DNA from: Camelus ferus
Taxonomy: Eukaryota
NCBI RefSeq assembly: GCF_009834535.1
Contig: NC_045727.1
Location: 12,090,001 to 12,154,000, forward strand
Direction of reading: 5' to 3'
DNA length: 64,000 bases
A program made the translations under genes and the position numbers. The notes beneath the pieces were generated by a model. The model saw nothing but the letters and a program-made list of their open reading frames with translations, made no database searches and was not told the DNA's origin. Shown here piece by piece: positions 24,700-37,060 of the stretch; the stretch's first letter is position 1; the number at the start of each line of letters is the position of its first letter.

Positions 24700-26300
24700 A
24701 GGTTTCGTCTGACACAGGACATAAATATCCAGGATAGGAAACTGGTGAAACATTTACAACTTCAATAGAAATTCTCTTAAAACCCCTAGGAAAAAACTTA
24801 ACACAAAATGTGCAACATTCGCATGGATAAAACCTAATGCACCTTGACTAAGGCACACAATAGAGAAAGACATCAATTCTCCACAAAGGGCCCATCTATT
24901 CTATGAAATTACTAACACAGCACCAAAGGGATAATTTTTAAAAATTAATAAACTGATTCCAAAGTCGAACAGTGACAATAATGACAGACAACAGATGCAA
25001 ATATTTTCAATCAGTAATAATGACAGGGTCGTTCTCTGCCAGGTACCGAAATACACTGTCAAGCAAAAATCATTAAAATGGGGTAGAACGGACATGGGAA
25101 CTGATCATTAGATCAACAGAACCACAGAGAGGATGTGATATGTCAATGATTTAGGGTTTGATAAAAATTGTGTTTATATTCAACAAATCCACGAGATTGT
25201 CTCTTCATTTGGAAAATATATAAGTTTATATTCCTGCCTATGCAAAAGTGAACTCGAGGCAGAGATAAAAGACACAGCAGAGCAATGAAAGTGTCAGAAT
25301 AAAATAGAAAAGAAAATCAAAAGAAAGATGCCTTTCCTCTGTTTGCCACCGATCACAGAAACAGCCAACCTGACATGTGAAAATTCAAAAGGCTTTATGG
25401 TGAAAACTTTACCAAGAAAGGCATAAAACAGACCAGGGAATAATATTTATGCCACACGTTCTTAAAGAGGGGTTATATCCCAAACAGATACAGGGTTTCT
25501 ATCACACTTAAAAAAAATACATCCAATCGAATGAAAAAAATGCAAAATTATGACCAGTAAATTCACAGAAGAAATAAAATCACCAATAAAAATTTGAAAC
25601 GAAAATAAGTTTCACGAATGATCAAACAAATAAACAACAAATATATTTGTCCTCATTTTTGCTCATCAGATGTGCAAAATAACAAAAGGATCAGCCCTGC
25701 CACGTTGTTGGGAAGGATGGAGAGGAACAGGCACTGTCAATCCCTCTAGTGAGTGGAAGCTGGAGCAGACTTTTGGGAGGATCACTGGTGCCGCTTGTGA
25801 ACATTTCAAAGCGTGTTCTCTCTGACCCAGCAATCCCGCATTTAGGCATCGTTCCTATGGAGACACTTAAGTGCATTTCACACACGTACACAGCACATGC
25901 ACATGTGTGGCAGTTTCCACTGTAGCATCTGTTCTAATTAAAATTTTTAAGTGGAAACAACCTAAATGTCCATTACTTGGGGAATGACTAGAGACATGCT
26001 GGTTCACCCAAACTACGAAGTCTGACAAAGCCATGATGAAATTCTTATGGACTGATGGAGAAAATGTCAACAGATTGTTTGAAAGCTAACTGCAGGCTAC
26101 TGTACAGAGTATGACTCCATGTTGGAAAAATAAAATCCCAACACGGGTAGGATGTGGTGAGATGGTAACAGCAAATGCTGTTTTATACACTTTTGTGCAT
26201 AATCTTTGTTTAAAAGCACATAGTACTCGTGTATTAAAAATTATTTCAGAAGATAAAAATGAAATATATTTTCTTGTGAACATTTTCATAACTATAGAAA
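24700..26300 (+). mobile_element. Ancient L1 fragments
   Basis: A-rich degenerate L1 ORF2/3' motifs (ttgttgggaaggatggagaggaacaggcactgtc, ctgacccagcaatcccgcatttagg). Boundaries approximate. Confidence 0.6.
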
Positions 26301-29300
26301 AATAAAGCAAAAATTAACACTAGGTGGATTCCCACCAGCCAGAGACACGCTGCTGAACTTTTTCTATATTTTCTGATCGGCTTTTGAAAATGCACACATA
26401 CTTTAAAAACCCAATTTCAGAAACATGATTTTGGAGGTTTTGTGAGAGTTCGTGTGTGTTAAGTCCCACCCTTCCTGCTGGATATTAGGGTTATTTCCAT
26501 TTTTCTCCCGTCATTAATAATGTCGAATTTCTGGTCTGGAAGCCTCTGGTTACGTCTTTGTAAATTATACAGTTTAAGTAAATATGATTTTTAAAAAATG
26601 ACTTGCTGCATTTTGCAAAAAAAGATGTATGCTTTCGACTTGTATAGACAGTCCAGGTCAGTGCCTGTTCCTCCCGTCAGCCCTCTGGCACCGCCACTTT
26701 AAATCCACTTGCTGCTTTCATCGGAGATCTTGGTACCTGGTCACCGTGGACCAGCCACTCCTCCATCCTCTAATCTGGCCTCACCCCAGTCTCCGATCTG
26801 CTGCCAAAGCACGGATGTGATTCTGAGAGTCCCCGACTTAAATCCCTCCATGACACCTGGACCCCAGCATAAAGGACCCCCGAGGTCTTTGCCAACCTCA
26901 CGAAACTGGGTGCTCCCTGCCGGCCTGTGCACTCCACTCTCCTCCTCAGCCCATGCAGCTCCCTTCACCTGGAACTCCCATCACAGGTCAGAGCCCTGGG
27001 TCTGCAAGACCAGCTCAGGCACCCCTCTCCCATCTTACTGTTCCTAACATCGTCCGACGGTCCTGTGCCTGGACGAGCCCCCCTTGGGTCAGGCCTGGAC
27101 CCAGGAAACTTTTAAGAGCCATGCTGAGGTGCTGAGGTGCTGAGCTCTGTGGGGGAATCTGAGCCAAGCCTTGGTTTCCTTCTCTGGATGCCTTGCAGAC
27201 TGGCCGCTCTCTTGGATCATTTTATTAAAACAGAGGACACAGTGGTGTCTGTTAACTCTTGGCATCTTACAGTCCTGTGTCTGCACCCACGTGCTATGTG
27301 ACGTTGGGCAGGTCGCCTCACCTCTCTGGACCTCTATTCCTGTCTGAACGATGGGGATGAAAGCAGGATCTGTATTGTGGGGCCGCTGCCCCTAAAAGAA
27401 TCAGTGCCTGCTGGGGAGGTCCTGGCCCTGCCTCCCTGCTTCTCACATGCTCAGAGGACTGGGGTGGGGCAAGTGAGGCACTGGGCTTGGGGGCCAAATT
27501 TAAGGGGTGCCCCCAAAACTCAGTCATTGAAATAAATAATCTTTCAAATCAATGGTAACTACTAAAAATCAATGCAAACAAATCCACACTTGACAAAATA
27601 TCAACACTTTAAAGAAAGCCAGTGTCTGCTCAGACCCCTTCTCTCCTGCTGATTTCCTTTCTCACTGCTCTCCCCTCTGGTCATCCATCCCTGGATGTCC
27701 TCAAAGGAAACCCCTCTCCCCCTGCACCACAGCTCACTCTGCCCCTTACCTTTATCCCAGGCGTTGCAGGCTGGATGAGCTCCGTGCCAAGGACCCGCTC
27801 ACCATGGTGCTGCCGATGGGGGCAGCCGGCCAGGGGCGAACAACAGGCCAGCAGTGTTACAGGCCAGTGCCGCGTGGGGCCAGGGCTCTGCCCCCTGGAA
27901 ACCTCACGGACAAGTTGAGCTGTCGTGTCCTCTTTGGCCCTCAGGGTCAAAGGCAACTCCAGCCCAGCTGGAGGGAGGCCAGCAAGTGCCCCTGGTTTCT
28001 CTTGCCAACAGTGGCTGTCCCAGTGTGCCCCAGCCACGTGGCCCCTCCTCTGCCTGGGCTTTTTCTGTCCTGGCACTGGCACCCGGCCCCCTCCAGGGCC
28101 CACAGCCCTTACTCTTGGGGGCCTCTCCCAGAGTGGCATGTGCTAACTGCTCCGCTGTGGTGGGGATCCAGGGCTCAATTATCACACCAAAGCCCGCCCC
28201 CAGCCCTGCCGTCCAGGCCCCGGGATCCGCACACCTGCCCCACTGATGTCTTTGTTCCACAAGGGCATCTCCAGCTGTGGAGCAGCTCCGAGGGGCCCAG
28301 CCAGGCCGTGCAGGGTGACCAAGTGCCCAACAGTACAGGAGTTGCTGAGGCCTGAGTTCAGTGGGCTGGGGCTTCTCTTGTGACCAGTCCCCCGGGCTGG
28401 ATCCCTGCAGCCTTCACTCTGGCCAGTAGAGACTGCCCTTCCTTGGCCGGGTTGGCCAAGGCTGGCCAGCACCCCCGGTCAGCTCCTCACTCAGCTTCTC
28501 AGCCAGGAAGAGGTTTGTGGGGAGGGATCCTCTACCACTTGTTCAAGGAGTGATGTTGAAAGCAGCCAGACCTTGGTCACCTCCGGGCCTCAGTTTCCTT
28601 ATCAGTAAAATGGGGGCAATTCCTTTGCCACAGGGAGGCCACGAGGAATAAGGAGATCACATGTGTGCTCAGTTGGGGTCTGTTTTGAAGCCCAGGAATA
28701 CAATACAGGATACAGTGATGCAGTGATGAGAGGGTGCTGCTTATCCAGCACTGACAGCGGAGCCAACCGCCCGATGAGCTGAATTTTCTCTCCCGTTAGA
28801 AGATGAGGACACTGATGTTCAAGCAGATTCTGAACATTCTCGATGCAACACTGTCAAGAGGCCAGGCTCTCCCACATCTCCAGGGCATTCTTTGAGGTTG
28901 TTGCCTCTGTCTGGGTCCCAGTGCTGTCACGCTGCTGGGGTAGGAAGGACTCAGGGCTGCAGGCTGCACATTCCTGCTTGTCATGGCCAGCACCTGCCCT
29001 CTTGCTTTCCAGTTGCTTTTAATCCCCAGGAGCTCTAATATGTACACTGAAGTCCACTGGTGCATCCCTTCTGGTTTTCCATTTCAGCAATTCTGAAAGA
29101 TGCCTGCCTACCCTGGGCCTCCCAAAGTAACTTTCTTGAGAGGTCCCTTTAAGAGTCATCTGGCCCGTGTGTTTGACTCTGCTGCTACACCTGGTGGAAA
29201 TCAGTCCAGCCCCTTTCATGGGACATAGTCAGAGGCCAACAGCCGTGACTTTACTTCTCTCACAGGGATGAGGACCACTGTCTGTGGGTCTCACAAGCAA

Positions 29301-29887
29301 AGGCACAGGTCGCCTCTGTTTGGACCATCTTCTCAAGGATGTCTGTGTTAAAGAACAACACTGGAAAGTAAAGGCAGTGTCTCCCTCTGGAGCAAAACAC
29401 ACTGGCTGTTATCCTGCAGGCAGGATGAAATCCCAGACCGTCCACAGCTCTGGACACTGATGGAGGTGAGAGGGAGGAAGACCTGAAATTGATGGTGGTG
29501 ATCGTGGTCTGACCAAATTCATGGAGCAGCTTTGGAAGAACCCCAGGCTGCCAGGCCCTGAGCTGAGGCCTGGCCTTCACAACACACTCAGATCCCTGGC
29601 TTGGAAATGGGCCGGGTACTGAATAGTAACAGGGTGTGGGCGATGTAGCAGACATCATGGAGGGTACGGGGGAGCCCCTGACCCAGTCCATTTTTCTCCT
29701 CACTGTAGTGCTCGGCCCACTCCAGCCTCAGGCCCGGGATCCTCACGCCTTGTGGGCTGGGCGGGGTCCCTCCTCCCTCCCACTGCCTAAGGCACAGAAG
29801 CTATGGTTCCCCCTGGGACAGCCCCACGTCTTGCGGAGACAAAGGGGCTGTCTGTAAGCCCAGTGATTCCAGACATTTGCCCCTACC

Positions 29888-30015
29888 GCTGACCTGCATT
29901 GGGCCCCAGGGATTCCCTGGGCCCCCAGAGGCCCCTTCCATCAGTCTCACCCTCAGTGACCCACGGGCTTGGTGGGTGGATGGAGTCCATGAACAAATGA
30001 GAAAACTGCCCCCCT
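29888..30015 (-). pseudogene. Orphan IGLV3 intron relic with no V exon or leader
   Basis: Near-identical to the V13 intron (63912-64000) and similar to the V1 intron (about 1788-1915). Flanks are unrelated to V exons. Confidence 0.8.
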
Positions 30016-31862
30016 TTTGCCCTGCTCCATGTCAGACCTTGGTCACATGTGAGCATCAGAGTCTGACTCAAAATCCTGCCTTGCCAAGTGCACCTGTCCT
30101 TTGTGGAGGCATTAAGAAGCTGCCCTGTTCTGCCTCTGCCGAGAGCTCCTCGAGCAGTTCCTAGATGCTCTACCCTGGTGTCCCCAGTCAGCTCAGGGCC
30201 AGGGACAGTCCTATGTGCTTGAGAAAGATTTCAGGATGATAGTGCCTTGGCAGGAAAGGGGTGCTGAAGAGAATGAGGTCCCGGGACCCGGGCAAGAGAT
30301 ATAGGCCAATCCTACCAGAATCAGGTCTGAGAGACACGCAGCCATAATTTTACTTCAACCTTAAAGGTAACAGTGGAGGAAAAAGATTTTATGTCAGGGT
30401 GATAACCCTCACACTCACACACACTGAAGACCCAACTGGAGGGACAGACATCAGACCAGCAGTCCCAGAGGTGGGGCTGGAGGAAGGGCCGCCCCCAAAA
30501 GCACCTGGGGCAGCTATGGGAATGACTGAGCTGCTGTCTGCTGAGGTGGCGGGATGCTTACATCTCTATATGCATTTATAAATACTCACAAAATGTTTCT
30601 AAATGTTGTGATTTTTTAGTGTATGTAAATTATAACTTAGAAAAGAAGAAAAAGTGGAAGAAGATTCCAAGGAGCAAAGTCTCACTTAGAGACTGTGAAC
30701 AAGTCTTGAGAAAGCAGAGGACACTCTCCCCAGAACAGGGAGGGAGGGAGCAGGTGTGGGCAGAGAGGGACCATGGCTTCGAGGCTGTCCTCGCCAGCCC
30801 ACTCTAGCCATCCTCTGTGGCCAAGCCTCTGTACAGGCAGTCCCCTCCCTGGCTGGCCACTATCTAAGAACAGATGGAACAGTCTTCACTGGTCCCATTT
30901 TTTCATCAGTGTCCCATTCCCTGCACTCTGTCCCTTTGTCTGTCCATCACACACTTCTGCAGACTTTCTTCCAGTCTGAACATCACATGTCCCGGGGGTG
31001 TGTAGGTGGTGGGACCATCATGGTGGTGGGCTTATTCCACGCAGTTTTCCTGGCTCCTTCCCTCCAGTGTAAGGGGGCAGGACATGCCCCATGAGAGGAT
31101 CTGCAGGGGCATGTTTGGGACAAAGTCACTGCAAACCCTTGGAAAGAACAACCCTTTCCTGGAGTGGGAGAAGGGATGGGTTGGTCCTGTGTCCCCTGAG
31201 AGTCCAGTCAGACTTAGGTGACAGAGGTCCCTGCTGGACTGAACCCTAGTATCCTTTCTACTCCTGCTCCCGTCCCACATCCATCCTTCCCTGGAGACCA
31301 GTGACCCTTCCCTTCCTGCCCCCGTGGACCCATCCAGACCACAGGCAGCTCCTGGACTCTCTCTGTCAGCCCCCTTCACTGGGGGCCCTGCTGAGGTTCA
31401 GGATCCAGCCCTGAAATCAAACCCGATCTCAGTCAAGTCAGGGCAAAGGATCAGGGTTACCGTTAAACCCAGCTAATCAACGTGGACTCAGAGGTCCAGG
31501 TGTGCGTGAAAGGTGCTGGCTGTTCAACAGCTCAGATGAGCCGATAGATTCTGGGGTCGAATGCTGGATAATCCGGTGACCACTTAAAGAAATTCTGAGG
31601 TAATTACCCTGGTAAGATGTGTCTCTCTGTTTGTTCTTCCATTCAGGACCTCTGTCCCCTATTCATATCCTGTTCAGCCAACCCCAGGAAACACTGGTCC
31701 AGCCAGGCCATGTTTCACCCCTGATCCACCGTGTGCAGAGCTGCTTGGAGGGCAAGTTGAGGGCAGCCTGGGAGACTCAGACCTGGGGTCCCGGGCCAGA
31801 CCTGTCACTGCTTTGTCCACAGGCCTCCTGGGGCTGGAGGAGTGGGTGACACAGATGGAGGG

Positions 31863-31901
31863 GGTTTGTGTCCCACTTCCCCATCTGCCTGTGTCACTGT
31901 G
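31863..31901 (-). other. 23-RSS of V6
   Basis: CACAGTG, 23 nt, ACACAAACC. Confidence 0.93.
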
Positions 31902-32394
31902 AGCATTATAACCACTGCTGTCTGCTGACTGACAGTAATAATCGGCCTCGTCCTCGGCCTGGGCCCCGCTGATGGTCAGGGTGGCTGTGCCCCCCGACTT
32001 GGAACCAGAGAACCGCTCAGGGATCCCTGAGGGCCTATTACTATTTCCATAGATGACCAGCACAGGGGCCTGCCCTGGCTTCTGCTGGTACCAGCTAGCA
32101 TAATAGCTCCCAACGTTGCCTCCTTGGCAGGTGATCCTGGCCGTCTCTCCCAAGGACACGGACACTGCGGAGGGCTGAGTCAGTGCAGAAGAGGCCGCAT
32201 AACCTGCAGGAGAGGAGAGGAGAGTGATGGTGAGGACCAGGGTCTCATTCCTTAGGACCATGCACCCTTCAGCATCCCATTGCTGAGCTGATGTTGAGGG
32301 CCCAGCTGATCCCTGGGTACCCTGGGGGCTGAGCCCTGGGGGCAGGACCTGTGCAGAGAGAAAGGAGCGGGAGCAGGAGTGGGTTCCAGGCCAT
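31902..32394 (-). CDS. IGLV3: V6: IGLV3-like (QGGNVGSYY) V segment, intact. Leader 32349-32394, intron 32204-32348, V exon 31902-32203
   Basis: [16 protein letters not shown] + [28 protein letters not shown]...[13 protein letters not shown]. Confidence 0.95.
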
Positions 32395-32480
32395 GGTGGA
32401 GGCGCCCTGAGCTCTGCCTCTGAGCCCACAGCTGGGGGTGGGGTCTCAAGGACTCTCTTATCCTCAGAAGGGACATCCTT

Positions 32481-32488
32481 ATGCAAAT
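32481..32488 (-). promoter_or_regulatory. V6 octamer ATTTGCAT
   Basis: Perfect octamer with GATAAGA TATA-like element downstream. Confidence 0.9.
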
Positions 32489-35400
32489 CTACTTCCTGGC
32501 CCTGTGGCCCTGGTGATCATCTCCCTGCTGAGCAGAGAGCATTTGGGCTCAATGGAGGATGTCACTAGAGGCCCCAGTCCCAGGCCCGGGCCCAGGTCCC
32601 AGAAGTGTCTCTGGTGCTGAGTGAGGAAGTGCTGCCCCCTACCCCAAGCACAGAGAGGCACACCTCAGTCTGGGCCTGGGCTTGCCCTCTGGGCCTGGGT
32701 GACACCGTCATCCTGTCTAGTGATGCAGGCATTACAGGATGGGCTGGGCAGTGCTCATAGCATGTGCTGTGGGGACAGAGGTCACCATGCTGCTGTGAGA
32801 GGCCATTATTCCAACATTGGACACAGTGAAGTTGATCTTTTTTCTTCTGAGGCACATTTGGGTTGTTTATGTCTTGGTGTCTGTTTTAGGGGAATCCACA
32901 GAAGAAGATCACCAGGATGTGGGGTGATTCAGGAATCCTTTCATGACACCGGAAGCAGAGTTTGTAATAGGAAAGTTTGAGAAGTTGAATCTCACCCAAA
33001 CTAGAATGTTTTGGGTTTCAAATATTTTAAATGAGGATAAAATAAATAAGTAATAGACACATAGAAAACTTTGCAAACCACATATCCAACACACAGCTAG
33101 TGTTTAGATTATTCTCAAAACTAAATGGTAAGAATTAACTGACAGTGTGTGTTTAAAGAATGAGCAAAAGTTAAGAGCAAGTATTTCATGGAAGAGGATG
33201 CAGAGACGGGAAACAGCTCATGGAAAGATGGGTATCAGTTGACGTGAGAGTAATGCCGGCGCAGCAGAGTGCGGAACAACTGCACACCCATCAGCGTGAG
33301 TAAAGTGAAACGTGGTGACAGCCCGGACACTGCAGGGCCATGGACAACCGGGTCCCTCCTGCGACGCTGGTGGGATGTGAACTGGACCAGTTGTTTGGGA
33401 ACAGTGGAAGCGTCTTCAAATCGTAAATTGCAGTTGGGTCCCTATGATCCAGCAACTGCTCTCCTGTCACTTTAGCTCAAGAAGTGAAAGCTACAGTTCC
33501 CAGTGATCCCTGTGCACGGCTGTTTAGAGTAACTTCCACACAGTAGCCCCCAAGGGAGACCGACCCGATGTCCTGTAGAGGGAGGCTGGGTCCCAGACGC
33601 TGTACCTGAATATTGGAATAGGACTCAGCCCTGAGAAGGAGGGGACTCTTAGAGCACACGGCAGTTTTGAGAAATCTGCAGGGGGTTATGCGGAGTGAAA
33701 GATGCTAATTCCAAAAGCTTTCATTCTCTGAGTCTAATTCTTATTGGTTTGTAGAACTTCTGAACAAAATTAGAAATGAAGAACTAGGTAGTGGTTGCAA
33801 GGGTTAGGGGCAGTGCGGGGGCACGGGAGAGAGGAAGTCGGTATTGTTATTAAGGTAAAACACGAGGGTCCTTGAGGTAGTGGAACTGAGTTATTTCTTG
33901 ACCTCTCTGCTAGATTTGAACCTACATACATGATAATATCACACAGGATTCAACACACGCACACACATACACACTCACAAATTAGTACACGTAATACTGG
34001 GAAACTCTGAGCTTGAACTTTGGGTAATGGTTTGATCAAACACTTGACCAACAAGATATGAAGTTGACAAATAAGCCCTTAAATTATGTTCACCAGTGTA
34101 AGTCACTAAAGAAAATTAAAAACATGCGATGCCACTTGATGTGCATGAGAATGACTTTGGTAACAACCTAATATGCCGAGAGCTCAGGGGGTGGGCAGCA
34201 AGGGGAACTCTCCTCAGTGGCTGAGGACCACAGAAAGCAACGTCGGGCGCCCACGCTGGATAATAGTTTGCCAGAGTCTTAGACAGGCGCTCCTGTACCT
34301 GCCGTAGGAGCCATCAATTCCATTCCCAGCTGTTTCCCTGAGTGAAATAAAAACTTACACCCACAAAGTACCTATAAGAGGTGTTATAAAGGCTTTATGT
34401 GAAATTGTCAAAGTGTGGACTCTCGATCCAACCCTAATTTTACAACCGGTGGAGGATAAGCAAACTGCGATGCATTCATGCTGTGGAACATACTCAGTAA
34501 GGGGCAGGCAGTGGGCGATTAGCACGTAAAACAACACAGACGGATCTCAGGTGCATCACACTGTGTGAAAGAAGCCAGAATCAAAGGGCGGCCACGGGTG
34601 ACTGCATTTCTCTGACGCTCTGACCAGGACCCAACTATGGGGACAGACAGGAGACCAGTGGTCCCAGAGGAGGGGCTTGAAGAATGGCCGTATCCATAGG
34701 CACATGGGGAGGTTATGGGAATGACTGAGCTGCTGTCTGTTGTGGTGGTGGGATGCTTACATCTCTATATGCATTTATAAATACTCAAAAAGTATGTAAA
34801 AATTGTGATTTTTAGTGTATGTAAATTATAACTTAAAAAAGAAAAAAGAAACAGTGGAAGATGATTCCCAAGGGCAAAGTCTCACTTAGAGATTGTGAAC
34901 AGCAAGTCCAGAGAAAGCAGAGGACGCTCTGCCCAGAACAGGGAGGGAGGGAGGGAGCAGGTGTGGGCAGAGATGGACCATGGTCTCCAAGGATCTCCCT
35001 CCCAGCCCACCCTGGCCGTCCCTCTCTGGCCAAGGCTCTTTGCTGGCAGCCCCCTCCCTGGCTGCTCTCCATCTAACCACAGAGGGAATAAACTTCATTG
35101 GACCCTCTTTTCCATCCGTGTCCTCACTCCCTGCAGTCTGTCCCTGTGTCTTTCAGAGACTCCTTCAGACTTACTTACGGTTCTTAGCAGCACAGACACC
35201 AGGGGTGTGGAGGTGCTGGGACTCGCATGGCAGTGGGTTTGTTACCTGATGGACCTGTGTCTCCTTAGAGGGCAGCCAGTCTTGGGTGACAGATGTCCCT
35301 GCTGGACTGAGCCCCATGATCCTCTGTAGTCCTGCTACCATCTCCTCCCTGACCATCCATCCCAGGGAGTCCCACCACCCGTCCCCTCCTGCCCCCTTGG

Positions 35401-36413
35401 CCTCATCCATGCCACGGGCAGCCCCCCGACTCTCCCTGTATGTCTTCCATCACTGGGGGCCCTGCTGAGGTTCAGGATCCAGCCCTGAAATCCCACCCGA
35501 TCCTGGTCAGGTCAGGGCCCAGGATCAGTGTTATTGGTCAACACAGATACTCCCCATGGACTCAGTGGTCTGGGTGCATGAAATGTGCTTGTTTTTCAAA
35601 CTCCAGGAATGTTGCGTAGGAACCTCACATCCACACATCTCCCTTGCAAATGCTTTTGATTGCGTCACCCCAGGCTGAGACTTGGGGTGGGGTGCCCATA
35701 TTCTCCACATCAGCGTCCCTTGTTTCCCTCCCCAGTGATGTCCCAGGGCACGTGGTCCTGACCAGTCCTCAGAATGTCCTGTGGGCAGATGTGGAGGCAT
35801 TCTTGCCACCTCAAGCTGAGAATCTGTCCCAGTTGGAGAAGCCCAGCCTGGTCTAGGTCTGTTCTGCACAGATCCCCCAACATGCCCTGACTCTTCATAG
35901 GACACAGCTCTGTTCCCACCTCAGGGTGAAGTCTCCTGTCCTCCCTGCCCTGAGGCCACATGCTTCCTGCTGAGCCTCCAGTCATGACAGGAATCCCTCC
36001 CTTCTCCATGGGCACCGGAGTTGAGACACATGATGGTCAGACATTCATTGTCACCTCTAAATCCCAAGATACATGTTCCTTCCCTGAGAGATCCTACAGT
36101 TGGAGAATAGGGCCTGATGGCTCTTGTGATTGGGGTCATCTCAGCCCAGCCCCCTCACCCAAGGTCATGTGCCCCTAGGCCTGTGTAGTCTCTACCAGCA
36201 TCATTCCCACAGGCTTGGGGAGTAGGAAACAGAATGTTGTGTTGACAAAATCACCTAAAATTTAATCTGTGCCTGACTCTACCAAGGTGTGCCTTGCGGA
36301 GTGGGTGAGGGTGATGGGTTTGCAAGGAGGAGGCCCAAAATTCAGGGCCCTGGGCAGATGGGACAGGGAGCAGCCCACCCTGGTCCCCATGAGGCAGAGG
36401 GTACGGGGAAGGA

Positions 36414-36451
36414 GGTTTTGGTCTCATTTCCCCATTTTCTGTGTCACTGTG
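36414..36451 (-). other. RSS of V7 with 22-nt spacer
   Basis: CACAGTG, 22 nt, ACCAAAACC. Confidence 0.88.
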
Positions 36452-36937
36452 GATTACCCGAATTTGTCATCACTTTTGTAGTTGACTCCACAGTAATACT
36501 CAGCCTTGTCCTTGGACTGGATGTTGGAGACGGTCAGGTAGCGGTCAGCCCCGGAGCTGGAGCCTGAGAAGCGACCGGGAAGCCCATCCCCCTTGGTGAC
36601 TGTTCCATCACTGGTCACCTTCATCTGGAATGAAGGGGTCTGCCCTGATCTCTGCCGAAACCACTGAATGTAGTGTGTGCTGTGCTCACTGCCCAGGGTG
36701 CAGGGGAGCCTGACCGCCGTTCCCAGGGAGGCAGAGGCCGACGGGGGCTGGGTCAGCACAGGCGCAGCACAGAGACCTGCGAACAGAGATGCAGGGATGA
36801 GGCTGACTGCACTGGGACTGGACAGGTGACCCTGAGGACCCGGCTTGTGGGGAGGGCTTGGGAGGCCCCCGAGGGCCCTGGGCCACTCTGACTGTGGAGA
36901 AAAGGAGGGGCAGGAGGTAGGAGGGAGCCCAGGCCAT
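36452..36937 (-). pseudogene. IGLV4: V7: IGLV4-3-like V segment with open V exon (36452-36776) but a leader lacking 1 nt at the donor (45-nt exon 36893-36937)
   Basis: APVLTQPPSASASLG...TLGSEHSTHYIQW...MKVTSDG...KGDG...GSSSGADRYLT. The leader ends ACA|GTCAGA (phase 0), which frameshifts against the phase-1 V exon. Confidence 0.82.
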
Positions 36938-37052
36938 GGTGGGCAGGGACTGTGTGAGCTCTGCCCTGAGGAAGCCCAGCTGAACAACTTCTCCAAGCCC
37001 CTGTTTTATCCTCCCCTCTTCCAACCACAGCTCGCGAAGAGAGGAGCATTGA

Positions 37053-37060
37053 ATTCAAAT
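37053..37060 (-). promoter_or_regulatory. V7 octamer variant ATTTGAAT (same in V11 at 55530-55537)
   Basis: Octamer position upstream of a GATAAAA box, conserved in both copies. Confidence 0.6.

Noticed and set aside
29480-29600. Peptide AWQPGVLPKLL resembling V FR2
   Set aside because: No Cys/Trp framework, RSS or leader nearby. Likely chance.
31674-32486. 270-aa ORF (and similar 213, 206, 279, 180 and 191 aa ORFs) containing a V domain
   Set aside because: These are read-through of promoter/intron and past the RSS. The true structure is a spliced leader plus V exon, joined to J by recombination.
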